NCBI GenBank assembly: GCA_026413945.1
Contig: JAOAJX010000006.1
Location: forward strand, 13,577 to 77,576
Reading direction: 5' to 3'
Source of the DNA: Candidatus Iainarchaeum sp.
GTDB lineage: Archaea > Iainarchaeota > Iainarchaeia > Iainarchaeales > DTGL01
DNA length: 64,000 bases
Shown: positions 17,659 through 27,100 of the stretch, in pieces
Layout: each line of letters opens with the position of its first letter
How positions within the stretch are numbered: position 1 is the stretch's first letter
Notes under the pieces: generated by a model
The model's input: the letters and a program-made list of their open reading frames with translations, nothing else
Told to the model about the DNA's origin: nothing
The model's database searches: none
Position numbers and translations under genes: made by a program

Positions 17659-19938
17659 ATGAAGATTGGCGGTTTTAAAGTAGGGGAATATGCATTTAAG
17701 GAAGAGGGCAAAAAAAAGCATCTTGTATTTGATTGTGCCTCATGTGTTTATCATGCATCAATATCCGATGACCGCGTTTGCATGTATCATGTGCTTTATG
17801 CACTCAATGAGATAGATGCAGATGTAATTGTACTTTCCGAGGTTTATGAGAGGATATATGATGAAAAGCAAACCCTTATTTTGAAAGAAATTGTAAAGCT
17901 TATTCAAAAGTTCTCGATGGAGGCGCCTTGGTCATACAATAACCTTGTCAATCCGCAATACCTTAAGGATGAAGGCGTTGTAAGTGCAAGACATAAAATG
18001 ATTGTAACTATAACTCATGACCTAATAGCATATGATCCACTCGGTGCCTACTTTGCATGTCTGCGTGAAATTAACAGGGAAAAGGAAACGTTCTCTAGCA
18101 GCGGCCCTGATTACAAAGCAGGTTCTGCTATTTACCTCAAGACACTGCTTTACATTAAAAGTGCATTTGAGGAATGCGAACTAATAAAGCAGACAAAGAA
18201 GTTTTTAACTGAGCTCAAGGAGATGCCTGAATTTAAGGAAATTTATAGGGCTTTGTTTGAAGCGCAAATAAAGCCGGCCTTTATCGGATCGCGTCTTGTT
18301 TTTAGAGAAGAAGAAGGCATGGAGCTTCTCGATGAGTATTTGGTTAAGAATAGCACAGTCCAGATATTTAGCCATCCAAACCAGACACAAAATCTTTACT
18401 TCATAAATCCCCCCGAATATACTTTGAGCCCAGAAAAATATTTCGTACTTAGCAAGGCAAAAGAGATTGTCTCTGGCTATACGCCGGGCAAGGCATCACT
18501 GAGCACAGTTGCAAAATCGAGGGAGTATTTTGAGCGTTTATATAGAAGCACTATAATGGAAATAGCACAACAGCATAACATCTCGCTAAACAAAAAAGAA
18601 ATTGTTGAACTCAGCGAAATTGTTGCAAGATACAGCGTTGGTTATGGCATACTTGAAATACTTCTAAGCGACAGGAAGCTCACAGACATCTACCTTGACT
18701 CCCCAATAGGCCAGACGCCGCTCTATGTTATGCACTCTGATTTTGATCAGTGCCTTACAAATGTCCTTTATACAGAAAGGGAAGCATCTGCGCTTATCAC
18801 AAAGCTCAGAGCTATGAGCGCAAGGCCTTTTGATGAAGTACATCCAGTGCTTGATTTTGACCTACCTGAGCTCGAGACTAGGGTAGCAGCTATAGGACCG
18901 CCACTTGCACCAGATGGCGTTGCTTTTGCATTCCGCCTACATAAAATAACGCCTTGGACATTGCCTCAATTCATAGATGTAAAATACCTAAATCCTTTGG
19001 CTGCTGGATTTATTTCATTCTTAATAGATAATCAAGCAACAATGCTTGTAACTGGTTCAAGAGGCTCTGGCAAGACATCTTTGCTTAGTGCATGCATCCT
19101 TGAAATTCCTAAGAACACAAGGATTATTGTGCAAGAGGACACGCTTGAAATACCCGTAGAATACATGAAAAAAGTTGGTTTTAACATACAGCGCCTAAAA
19201 ACAAGATCGCCCATAAGTGTGTCAAAAACTGAAGTTGAGGTTGAACCAGAGGAAGCGCTTAGGACTGCCCTGCGCTTGGGCAACAGCGCGCTTGTCATAG
19301 GAGAGGTGCGTTCAAAAGAAGCAAGAACATTATACGAAGCGATGCGCATAGGTGCCGCAGGCAATGTTGTAATTGGCACAATACATGCTGACTCAGCCTA
19401 TGCTGTTTGGGATCGTGTTGTTAATGACCTTGAAGTTCCCACCACTTCTTTCAAGGCAACAGATATAGTTGTTACGGCACGCCCAATAAGGTTTTATGGC
19501 TCATTAAAAAGTAACAGACGGGTTGTTGAGATAACAGAAATAAGGAAGCATTGGATTGAGGAACCTGCAAGAGAAGGCGGCCTTTTAGATCTGATGAGAT
19601 ATTCTGCAAAAGAAGATAATCTTGAGCTTTTGGAGGACAATCTTAAAGAGTCTGAGCTTTTTGATAAAATCTCGAGAATATCTGGACAAACCCTTGAAGA
19701 GATGTGGAAAGATATAAGAATGCGTGCAGAGTCAAAGCGCTACCTAGTAGAAATGAAAAACAAGCATGATATACCTGAGTTATTAGAAGCTGACACTGCA
19801 TCAATGGCAAATGACAAGCTTATGCTTCTGAGGGAAAAACAAATCAGAGAGTTTGGCAAAGTAAACTATGATGAAATTCTTGAGCAGTGGAAGAAATGGC
19901 TAAATGATAAAATAATACCAAGGCTTATAAAGAAATGA
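17659..19938 (+). CDS. Type II/IV secretion-family ATPase (FlaI/ArlI / PilB/TadA-like) with a ~160-aa C-terminal extension.
   Basis: Walker A is LVTGSRGSGKTSLLSA and the Walker B/Asp box is NSALVIGEVRSKEA. The His box is GTIHADSAYAVWDRV. It is 759 aa. Confidence 0.85.
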   Translation: MKIGGFKVGEYAFKEEGKKKHLVFDCASCVYHASISDDRVCMYHVLYALNEIDADVIVLSEVYERIYDEKQTLILKEIVKLIQKFSMEAPWSYNNLVNPQYLKDEGVVSARHKMIVTITHDLIAYDPLGAYFACLREINREKETFSSSGPDYKAGSAIYLKTLLYIKSAFEECELIKQTKKFLTELKEMPEFKEIYRALFEAQIKPAFIGSRLVFREEEGMELLDEYLVKNSTVQIFSHPNQTQNLYFINPPEYTLSPEKYFVLSKAKEIVSGYTPGKASLSTVAKSREYFERLYRSTIMEIAQQHNISLNKKEIVELSEIVARYSVGYGILEILLSDRKLTDIYLDSPIGQTPLYVMHSDFDQCLTNVLYTEREASALITKLRAMSARPFDEVHPVLDFDLPELETRVAAIGPPLAPDGVAFAFRLHKITPWTLPQFIDVKYLNPLAAGFISFLIDNQATMLVTGSRGSGKTSLLSACILEIPKNTRIIVQEDTLEIPVEYMKKVGFNIQRLKTRSPISVSKTEVEVEPEEALRTALRLGNSALVIGEVRSKEARTLYEAMRIGAAGNVVIGTIHADSAYAVWDRVVNDLEVPTTSFKATDIVVTARPIRFYGSLKSNRRVVEITEIRKHWIEEPAREGGLLDLMRYSAKEDNLELLEDNLKESELFDKISRISGQTLEEMWKDIRMRAESKRYLVEMKNKHDIPELLEADTASMANDKLMLLREKQIREFGKVNYDEILEQWKKWLNDKIIPRLIKK

Positions 19939-19950
19939 AGTCGTGGTTAT

Positions 19951-22308
19951 ATGCCTGAAAGAGCGAAAAAAAGCACTGGTTACACAATAGGTCAGCTTTA
20001 CAAAGGCATTGTTGTAGAGCGCGGCTTACCTGAAGAAGGTGAAAGCAAGCTGATGAAAAAAAAGATGCCAAGGTATGTGCGGTTCTGCAAGAGAGTTGCA
20101 AGAATGGTGCCTGCGATGGGCGGGCAGAAAAAATTTCCAGAGGAGCACAACAATGCAATTGAATTTCTTGGCTGGGATCTTAGACCAGAAGAGTTTTCAG
20201 CAGCAGTCAACTTCATTGCACTAATTCTTGTTTTTTTAGCTTTCGCTATTTGGCTTGTAGTTGTATCTAGCCCAATTGCCAAAGCGCTTTCGACAGTGCC
20301 TTACAGTGCGTATGCATTGCTTGCTATGCTTGTGGTTGCCGCACTTTCAGTAGCAAATTATATTTACCGTTATCCAATATCAGCTGCACAGGCAGAACAG
20401 AAAAAAGCCCTTGGGTATATACCTGAGATTGTAGGTTACATGATAATGTCAATGAAGTTAACACCAAATCTTGAAAAAGCGGTTGAGTTTTCTGCAGACC
20501 ACGGAAGGGGCAAAATAGCTGAAGAGTTTAAGAAGCTCACATGGGATATAAGCACTGGAATATATACAACCATAACTGAGGGGCTTGACAGAGTTGCATA
20601 CAGATGGGGCTCTTATGCGCCGGAATTCAAGCGTGCACTAGTTAGGATAAGGGCATCAGTGCTTGAGGACACTGAAGCAAAAAGGGATGCGGTGCTAAAC
20701 AAAACCATGGATGAGCTTCTTGCCACCATTAAAGAAAAAATGGATGCTTATGCAAGAAGCTTAAGGCAGCCTGCTGTTGTGCTTTTTTTTGTGGGTGTGC
20801 TTTTGCCACTTATCCTCATGATAATACTGCCTATTGGTTCAGTATTCAGCGGCTTGCCACTTGCAAATCCTCTCGTAATAATTGCTTTGTACAATGTAGC
20901 AATACCTCTTGGGTTGATTTATTTTTCATTAGGGATTTTAAAGCAGCGACCGCCTACACAAGAAGCACCAGAGATACCCGATGATTATCCAGGATTACCA
21001 CCAAAAAATAAAATTAGGTTTGGAAATAATTATATTGACATCTTCTTGTTGGTTGGAATTGTTGCTTTTATTGGCATAATTGCTTCTTATTATTTTCATC
21101 AGGAAGGCTTTCCCCCAAAAAGCATGCTTAGGTCAGAGTATGGCGAAAAACCTTCTCAAATTATAAGAGCTGACCGCACTGAAAAAGAGGTACTTGAAAG
21201 AAGTGGTTACCCAGAAGATTATTTTGATATACCTAATGGTGTGCTTTATAAGCAATATTTGAGCAGTTATTCAGAAAGTAGTAGCGCTGACATAGAGAAA
21301 AAGGCAGAAAATAAGGTTTTATTTGAAAAAAAAATATTCTTTATGACAAAAGAAAATGATATAACGCCCTACAATCTCTGGTTTGGGCTTATATTAACTT
21401 TTTCCATCTGTCTTTTCATCGTTTTATATTATCCGGCGAAATACAAAAGAAAGATACAGCTTGAAATATCAGCCATGGAAAGCGAATTTAAAGATGCACT
21501 TTATATTATGGCTTCACGTCTCGGAGAAAACAGGCCAATGGAAGAAGTGCTCAAGCAAACTATTGATTTTTTACCTAACGCAGTAATAAGCAAACAAGTG
21601 TTTTCAAAAACAATTGATAACATCACTCTTCTTGGAATGCCTTTGGACAGCGCTGTTTTTGATCAAAAGTTTGGCTCTGTTGCAAGGATACCCTCTGAAG
21701 TTATAAAAACCGGGATGCGCCTTGTAGTAGATGCTTCAACCTTGGGCACGAGTATTGCTGCAAGAACATTGGCATCTTTGTCTATACAGCTTGATAACAC
21801 TGAAAAGGTTGCAAAAGCGCTGAAGGAAATGATTGATGAGATAACAGTAACAATGCGCACCATGGCAGTAATAATAGCCCCTGTTGTCTTGGGCATAACA
21901 ACGGCACTTTTCAAGATAGTTGTGCTTACGATGGCTAGCATATCACAAAGCTTAGAAGGAAGCAGCTTAGGTGGACTATCTGGAAACATACCAACTGTGG
22001 GGACAAGTGGAAGATATGGAAACCTTGGTGCTTTAACTGAATCATTTGCAAAGGTAAGTGTAAGCAGCTTTGTAAAACCGGAAGCACTAGCACATATTGC
22101 TGATCCGCTGCAATTCATCATCATAAGCGGAATATATGTATTTCAAATTGTTGCTATAATCCTATACTTTGTAACAATGCTTGAAGAGCGAAATAAGCTT
22201 CTTCTCAGACTGAACATCGCAAAGTATCTTCCACTTGCTTTGGCAATATACATTGCGACAGTCATGGGCACCAACGTGCTTCTTGAAACGATGACAAGCG
22301 GAGTGTAA
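19951..22308 (+). CDS. Type IV pilus/archaellum-type platform membrane protein (FlaJ/TadC/PilC-like) with two T2SS-F domains.
   Basis: It is a 785-aa polytopic protein. Two soluble helical T2SSF-like domains (ALGYIPEIVGYMIMSMKLTPNLEKAVEFSADHGRGKIAEEF... and MESEFKDALYIMASRLGENRPMEEVLKQTIDF...) are each followed by TM bundles. It lies directly downstream of the ATPase. Confidence 0.75.
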   Translation: MPERAKKSTGYTIGQLYKGIVVERGLPEEGESKLMKKKMPRYVRFCKRVARMVPAMGGQKKFPEEHNNAIEFLGWDLRPEEFSAAVNFIALILVFLAFAIWLVVVSSPIAKALSTVPYSAYALLAMLVVAALSVANYIYRYPISAAQAEQKKALGYIPEIVGYMIMSMKLTPNLEKAVEFSADHGRGKIAEEFKKLTWDISTGIYTTITEGLDRVAYRWGSYAPEFKRALVRIRASVLEDTEAKRDAVLNKTMDELLATIKEKMDAYARSLRQPAVVLFFVGVLLPLILMIILPIGSVFSGLPLANPLVIIALYNVAIPLGLIYFSLGILKQRPPTQEAPEIPDDYPGLPPKNKIRFGNNYIDIFLLVGIVAFIGIIASYYFHQEGFPPKSMLRSEYGEKPSQIIRADRTEKEVLERSGYPEDYFDIPNGVLYKQYLSSYSESSSADIEKKAENKVLFEKKIFFMTKENDITPYNLWFGLILTFSICLFIVLYYPAKYKRKIQLEISAMESEFKDALYIMASRLGENRPMEEVLKQTIDFLPNAVISKQVFSKTIDNITLLGMPLDSAVFDQKFGSVARIPSEVIKTGMRLVVDASTLGTSIAARTLASLSIQLDNTEKVAKALKEMIDEITVTMRTMAVIIAPVVLGITTALFKIVVLTMASISQSLEGSSLGGLSGNIPTVGTSGRYGNLGALTESFAKVSVSSFVKPEALAHIADPLQFIIISGIYVFQIVAIILYFVTMLEERNKLLLRLNIAKYLPLALAIYIATVMGTNVLLETMTSGV

Positions 22309-22313
22309 CTGCA

Positions 22314-22760
22314 ATGATGAACAAAGGTTATTTTTGGCCTTTTAGGTTGTTGATTGCAACAATATTTGCGCTTGCGATGCTCACAATAATAATTTCTGCT
22401 TTGGAGTACTTCAAAAATGTGGAAAGATCAACAAGCTACGAGAGGTTTGAAAACGGCTTCAAAAATGCGCTATATGCTGCAAGCAGCGATCCAAGTTATG
22501 GCTTGGCAAAAGAGAAAAACATCACAATTGTTGGAATAATAACAGCAGGCCAATTTTCAGAAAAATACAAAATACCCTCAGAATGCATAGAGTTTCAGGC
22601 AATAAGCGGCATGCTAATAAAGCTCTCAGAAAACAAGCGAAGGGTTATCATTGAGAAGGAAATAACGATTGATGTTTATTTCCATTGCATACGATACAAC
22701 GTTGGAGAATGCGAAATAAAATGCTACATATCCTTTGGCAAAGCGCCAAAAATTGGTTAA
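22314..22760 (+). CDS. Pilin-like protein with a class III signal peptide.
   Basis: The N-terminus is MMNKG|YFWPFRLLIATIFALAMLTIIISAL. It is 148 aa with a Cys-containing globular C-terminal domain. Confidence 0.6.
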   Translation: MMNKGYFWPFRLLIATIFALAMLTIIISALEYFKNVERSTSYERFENGFKNALYAASSDPSYGLAKEKNITIVGIITAGQFSEKYKIPSECIEFQAISGMLIKLSENKRRVIIEKEITIDVYFHCIRYNVGECEIKCYISFGKAPKIG

Positions 22761-22836
22761 AGGTTACATTGGCTATACAAAAGGTTTAAATATAAGAAAT
22801 AGTATTCTTATGAAATATAACTCGTGAGGTGAGGAT

Positions 22837-23439
22837 ATGATGCGTATGAATTCAAAAGGGCAGGCTTTCTCAACATTCCAGCTGCTTATATCTGCAATAA
22901 TTGCGCTGGCTATACTTGTGATCCTGCTTTCCGTGCTAGGAATAATTCCAAATCTTTTCAATATATCCCAGAATCCAGTGGATGCGATGGTTGACAAGAT
23001 AAAAGATGCGAGGAACAAGCCAGCCGTGCCAGTACAAGGCGGTAAGGTAAATTTCACAAAGGACAACAGAACTGTTACAACTGAAAGCATAGCAAGTGTA
23101 AGTGGTGTTGGTCTTGAAAAAGAACAAATATGCTTAAGCCCGGGCCAATTTATGGGCCAAGCAGAAATAATCAGCAAAGGCCAAGATGGTTCAAAAGAGA
23201 AGCAATGGACTGTAGTAGAGGATGGTTCAAGGATAACTTACAATAAGGACAATGTGCAGACAACATTTACAGTTATTTGCCATTCTTCAGCGACAAGGCT
23301 CAAGACTTACATTGAAGAGGATCTTCCAGAGATAAAGGTAGAGTGGATGGACAGCGGCTCTTTTAAGTGCAAGTGCCTTGATAATGAGCAATTCAAGGAG
23401 CAGCCATGTTGCCTAATAGTGCTTAAATACTCTAGCTAA
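22837..23439 (+). CDS. Pilin-like protein with a canonical archaeal class III signal peptide.
   Basis: The N-terminus is MMRMNSKG|QAFSTFQLLISAIIALAILVILLSVL, with a KG|Q prepilin-peptidase-type site. The 200-aa protein has four Cys in its C-terminal domain. Confidence 0.7.
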   Translation: MMRMNSKGQAFSTFQLLISAIIALAILVILLSVLGIIPNLFNISQNPVDAMVDKIKDARNKPAVPVQGGKVNFTKDNRTVTTESIASVSGVGLEKEQICLSPGQFMGQAEIISKGQDGSKEKQWTVVEDGSRITYNKDNVQTTFTVICHSSATRLKTYIEEDLPEIKVEWMDSGSFKCKCLDNEQFKEQPCCLIVLKYSS

Positions 23440-23452
23440 AAGGCTATGAAAG

Positions 23453-24103
23453 ATGGCCAAAAAAAGCGCATCTAAGAAAAAAAGCCCCAATACTTTTATA
23501 GGACACTCTTGGCAAAGATTTAGCAAACAGAGCTTGAAGAAAGAGCTTTTGGCATCAGCAAAGTTTCTAATTTTTTTTCTGATTTCTTTTTCCATTATTT
23601 TCATTATTTTTTCTTTTCTGCCAATAGAAATTTTCGAATTTTTCACAGCAAAGATATCTGCAGCAATTCTCGAAGCCGTGGGCTATTCTACCAAAATAAT
23701 AACCGATGAACCCGTAAAGATTATTGTGAACTCTAAACACACGATTGAGATAAGCTACCTATGCACAGGAATTATTGAAACTATCGTGGTTGTAAGTGCG
23801 GTTGCAGCATCACTTGGAATAAGTCTCAAGAAAAGGCTCATTGGTGCTTTGGCAGGAGCTATTTTTGTGAATGTGCTTAATATATTAAGGATAATTGTAA
23901 CAATCGTTGCAATATCGAATCTGAAAGATATTGGCTTTGTGGATTTTATACATAATGTGCTTTTCAGGGCAACTCTTTTTGTGGGCATCGCTGTTTATTA
24001 TGCTGTCTGGTTTTTTGCCTCAACAAGAAGCTTTAATCCAATAGCACGTTTTAAGCTATGGCTTTTCCCTAAAATAAATTGTAGAAGAAACAAAAAACAA
24101 TAA
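23453..24103 (+). CDS. Small archaeosortase/exosortase-family-like polytopic membrane protein.
   Basis: It is 216 aa with about 5 TM helices. A candidate active-site Cys lies in a membrane helix (ISYLCTGIIETIVVV) and a conserved Arg in NVLNILRIIVTI, as in EpsH/ArtA-family transpeptidases. The call is family-level only, made by motif pattern and not by a search. Confidence 0.4.
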   Translation: MAKKSASKKKSPNTFIGHSWQRFSKQSLKKELLASAKFLIFFLISFSIIFIIFSFLPIEIFEFFTAKISAAILEAVGYSTKIITDEPVKIIVNSKHTIEISYLCTGIIETIVVVSAVAASLGISLKKRLIGALAGAIFVNVLNILRIIVTIVAISNLKDIGFVDFIHNVLFRATLFVGIAVYYAVWFFASTRSFNPIARFKLWLFPKINCRRNKKQ

Positions 24104-24173
24104 TTATATTAATAACAATAGCATTTCTTATTCATAAATCAGTATCTGGAATAAATATCTGGGGCGTAAAAGG

Positions 24174-27100
24174 ATGTTAACAGATAAGCTCGGCTCTATT
24201 TACGCAGGCATAGAGGAGAAATGGTTTGAGCTGCTTAAAGCACTGCAGGAAAAAGGCATTCCTGCGTATAGCTATGCTGAGTTCTTAGAAAGCAGGGGCA
24301 TACCATCTTTGCCTTTTACAATAGCCATCATAATACTCCTTCTTGTAATTTTGTTTTCATTTTCTTTTGGGGGCGCATACACGGATGTGAGCTTAACTGT
24401 TACAATAAGGGATGATCAGGGGCAATCGCTAAGTGATGTCAAGCTCGAATTATATAATGACGATGGGCAAACACTTAAAAGTGAAACTGTGCAAAGTGGT
24501 TACAAGATTGAACTTAAAAGAGTTAAGATTGGCTCAACCATAACAGCATCTGCTTCAAAATCTGGTTACAGAAGTGCTTCGGCCGAAAAAGAGATAAATT
24601 CCAAAACCGCAACTATAAGCATAACACTTAAGAGAGAGGCAAGGCTTGTTTCTGCAAAAGTCCGGCTCATCGATGAGCTTACCTCAACCTTGATCAGAGA
24701 TGCGAGGTGCGAAGTTTCTTTTGATAAGAATACATTAGGCATTACTAGAGACTATGATGGCTTGTTTTTGGTAAATGTGCCACAGAAAACAGATGTGGTG
24801 CTAAAATGCACAGCTAATGGCTATGAAGACCTTCAGGAAGCAATGCGATTTGATGACGGTGAAATCAAAGTAGTAAAGTTGAAGCCAAAATCGGTTGATG
24901 TTAATTTAAGCACTCTACTGATAAGCGTATATGACGAGGAAACAAAGCAGCTTATAAAAGGGACAAGCATTCGCATTATAAACTCATCAACAGGCGTCAC
25001 GATAACAGACATTAATTCACAGAGCGGCGATTATACTGAAAAGATAAAGATAAACACCCAGGTTAGGATAATTGTAGAAAAAGCAGGTTATATGAGCTAT
25101 GTTGAAGATTTCACCATAAGAACCGCAGAGGTTGTTAAGAAAATATACTTAAAAAAAGGCGGTGCACAACTTATAGTAAATGTTACCTCAAAGGATGGCA
25201 TTGTGCAAGTAAATGCTGATGTTTCGCTTTTTGACTCAAACTTCCAACTCGTTTCTGCAAAAAAAACTGCCGTTTTAGGGAATGCTGCTTTTGATGGTAT
25301 TGATCCAAACAGGGATTATTATTTTAATGCATTCAAAGAAGGTTTTCTGCCGGCTTATGGAAGAATAAGTGCAGGGACCAAAAGCTTGGATATTAAACTT
25401 GAAAAGCCAACAGCACAAAATTCTGCATTGGTGAAAATAACAGTTAGGAACAGCTCAGGCAATATTACAAACAATGCAGCGCTGAAATATTATCGCATTA
25501 TAAATGCATTCAAGATTCCTCTTGGCATTCCTGTGAGAAAAACAGGGCTTACAGGCACAATTATAGAAACCCTTCCAGAGGGTACATTCCTTATAGCTGC
25601 CGAGACTGAAGTAGAGTATGGTGAAAAGGAAATAACAGTGATGGCAGGCATCGACCAACAGGTTGACATAAACATGTCAAGAAAGCCAAACTTTGTTGAG
25701 CTTCGATTAATTGATGGGAATGGAATGCCTTTGAAGGGAGAAGTTATTGTAAAGAGCAAAAGCGGAAAGACACTTTTTGCTGGAAATGTAAATGGGGGCG
25801 CGATTTTTGACAGTGAGATGAATGAAAGCTTTTTGGTGAGCGTGAAAACGCCTGATGGCAAAACATTTGAGCAGGAAGTAAGGGTTGGCGCAAACAATGT
25901 TGCTGAAGTCCGATTAGGGGCTGATAAAAAGGAACTAACAGATGGTGTCAAGCCCATAATAGAGTTTGCTGGAGTTTTTGATTCTGGAGGAAAAAGCATT
26001 GAAGGAGTTACGGCTGGGGAGTTTGCTTGGCTGCGTTTCAATGTCAGTTTTCCCCAGGGTGAGAAAACAGGCATACATATAAGGGTTGGGCCTGATAGCA
26101 TTGCGTCTGCCGATGCCCAAGAGATTGGAATTTTTGGTTTTGATGGAAATGCAAGCAGCTTTGTGTATGGCAAAAGCTATCAGGCACCTTTAGGTGAACA
26201 AAAGGATCTTGCAAGCAAAGGTGCAGCGAATGAGAGAAACAAATGGCTTGAGCTTTACTTTAACAAAGCACCATCGCAAACAGCAGTAAGCATAAAGGTA
26301 AAAACAGATAATATAAGCAGAGAAAAAGACTTTGAAGTACACTACAGAGCTTGGAGCGAAATAGGTACAAAAGTATTCAGAGACCCTGCAGACAGCGTGC
26401 TTGGAAATGAGAAAACAAGCAATGCAAAGCAAGCGCTTTATGCTGAAACAAAGATTGCAAGAGTAAAGGTATTTGAAGGAAAAGCAAGCTGCTCTGAAGA
26501 ACTCTGCATAGCTCTTGCTTTAATAGACTCAAACAATGTGAAGGTTAAAGAAGATGGTTTCTCTGCAGTTGAGGGTCAAACATATGCTCTAGAAATCTCT
26601 GTAAATTCTGGCAAAAAGATGAGTGCTGAAATTGTAGTAAGAAGCGAAAACTCAAATGTATTGCTTTCAGAGCTTACCGAAGATGTGTTGTCCTTTAGCC
26701 CGAAGGGAGAATTTTCAAAGACTGAGTTAAGGGGCTCCTTAAAACTCGAGGCAAATTCTTCAAAAATTGTAAGGGCTTACTTCAAAGGCAAGTCAGCCGG
26801 TACAGCAACGCTTGAGGCCCTTGTTAGGAGCGGAGACCTGAACGCAAATAAAAAGATAAGTTTCAATGTAACTGGAAGCAAAGAAATGCTTGCTGAAATT
26901 TATAAGAAAGGTGAAATAAAGGCAGGTGAAAAGCTAAGAGTTACCTTAAGGGATTCTGAAACAAAGGATCCCATCACAAATGCTTTTGTTTCAATAACAA
27001 GGGAAGGTGAGGTGCTTTTAAGCACTACTGGAAACAACACAAATGAAAACGGTGCAAATGGCATTTATGTCTTGGGTATAGATAAGCTAAGCCCGGGAAA

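Noticed and set aside
17659-22308. Bacterial type IV pilus/T2SS (PilB/PilC) or Tad-locus interpretation, implying a bacterial contig.
   Set aside because: The context argues for an archaeon: class III signal peptides with KG|Q-type sites and FlaJ-like platform, a PAC2 chaperone, an archaeal-type family-B replicative polymerase, and the absence of secretins, GspD or PilQ. The call remains an inference.
25490-26173. Long antisense or alternative-frame ORFs inside the giant genes, for example 25490-26173(-), 27281-27820(-), 34494-34940(-), 46624-47232(-), 46825-47328(+), 53308-53679(-) and 55147-55539(-).
   Set aside because: They lie wholly within much longer sense ORFs that carry conserved paralogous motifs. 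Their compositions are low-complexity mirrors of the sense strand. 46624-47232 and 46825-47328 simply reflect the tandem DNA repeat.
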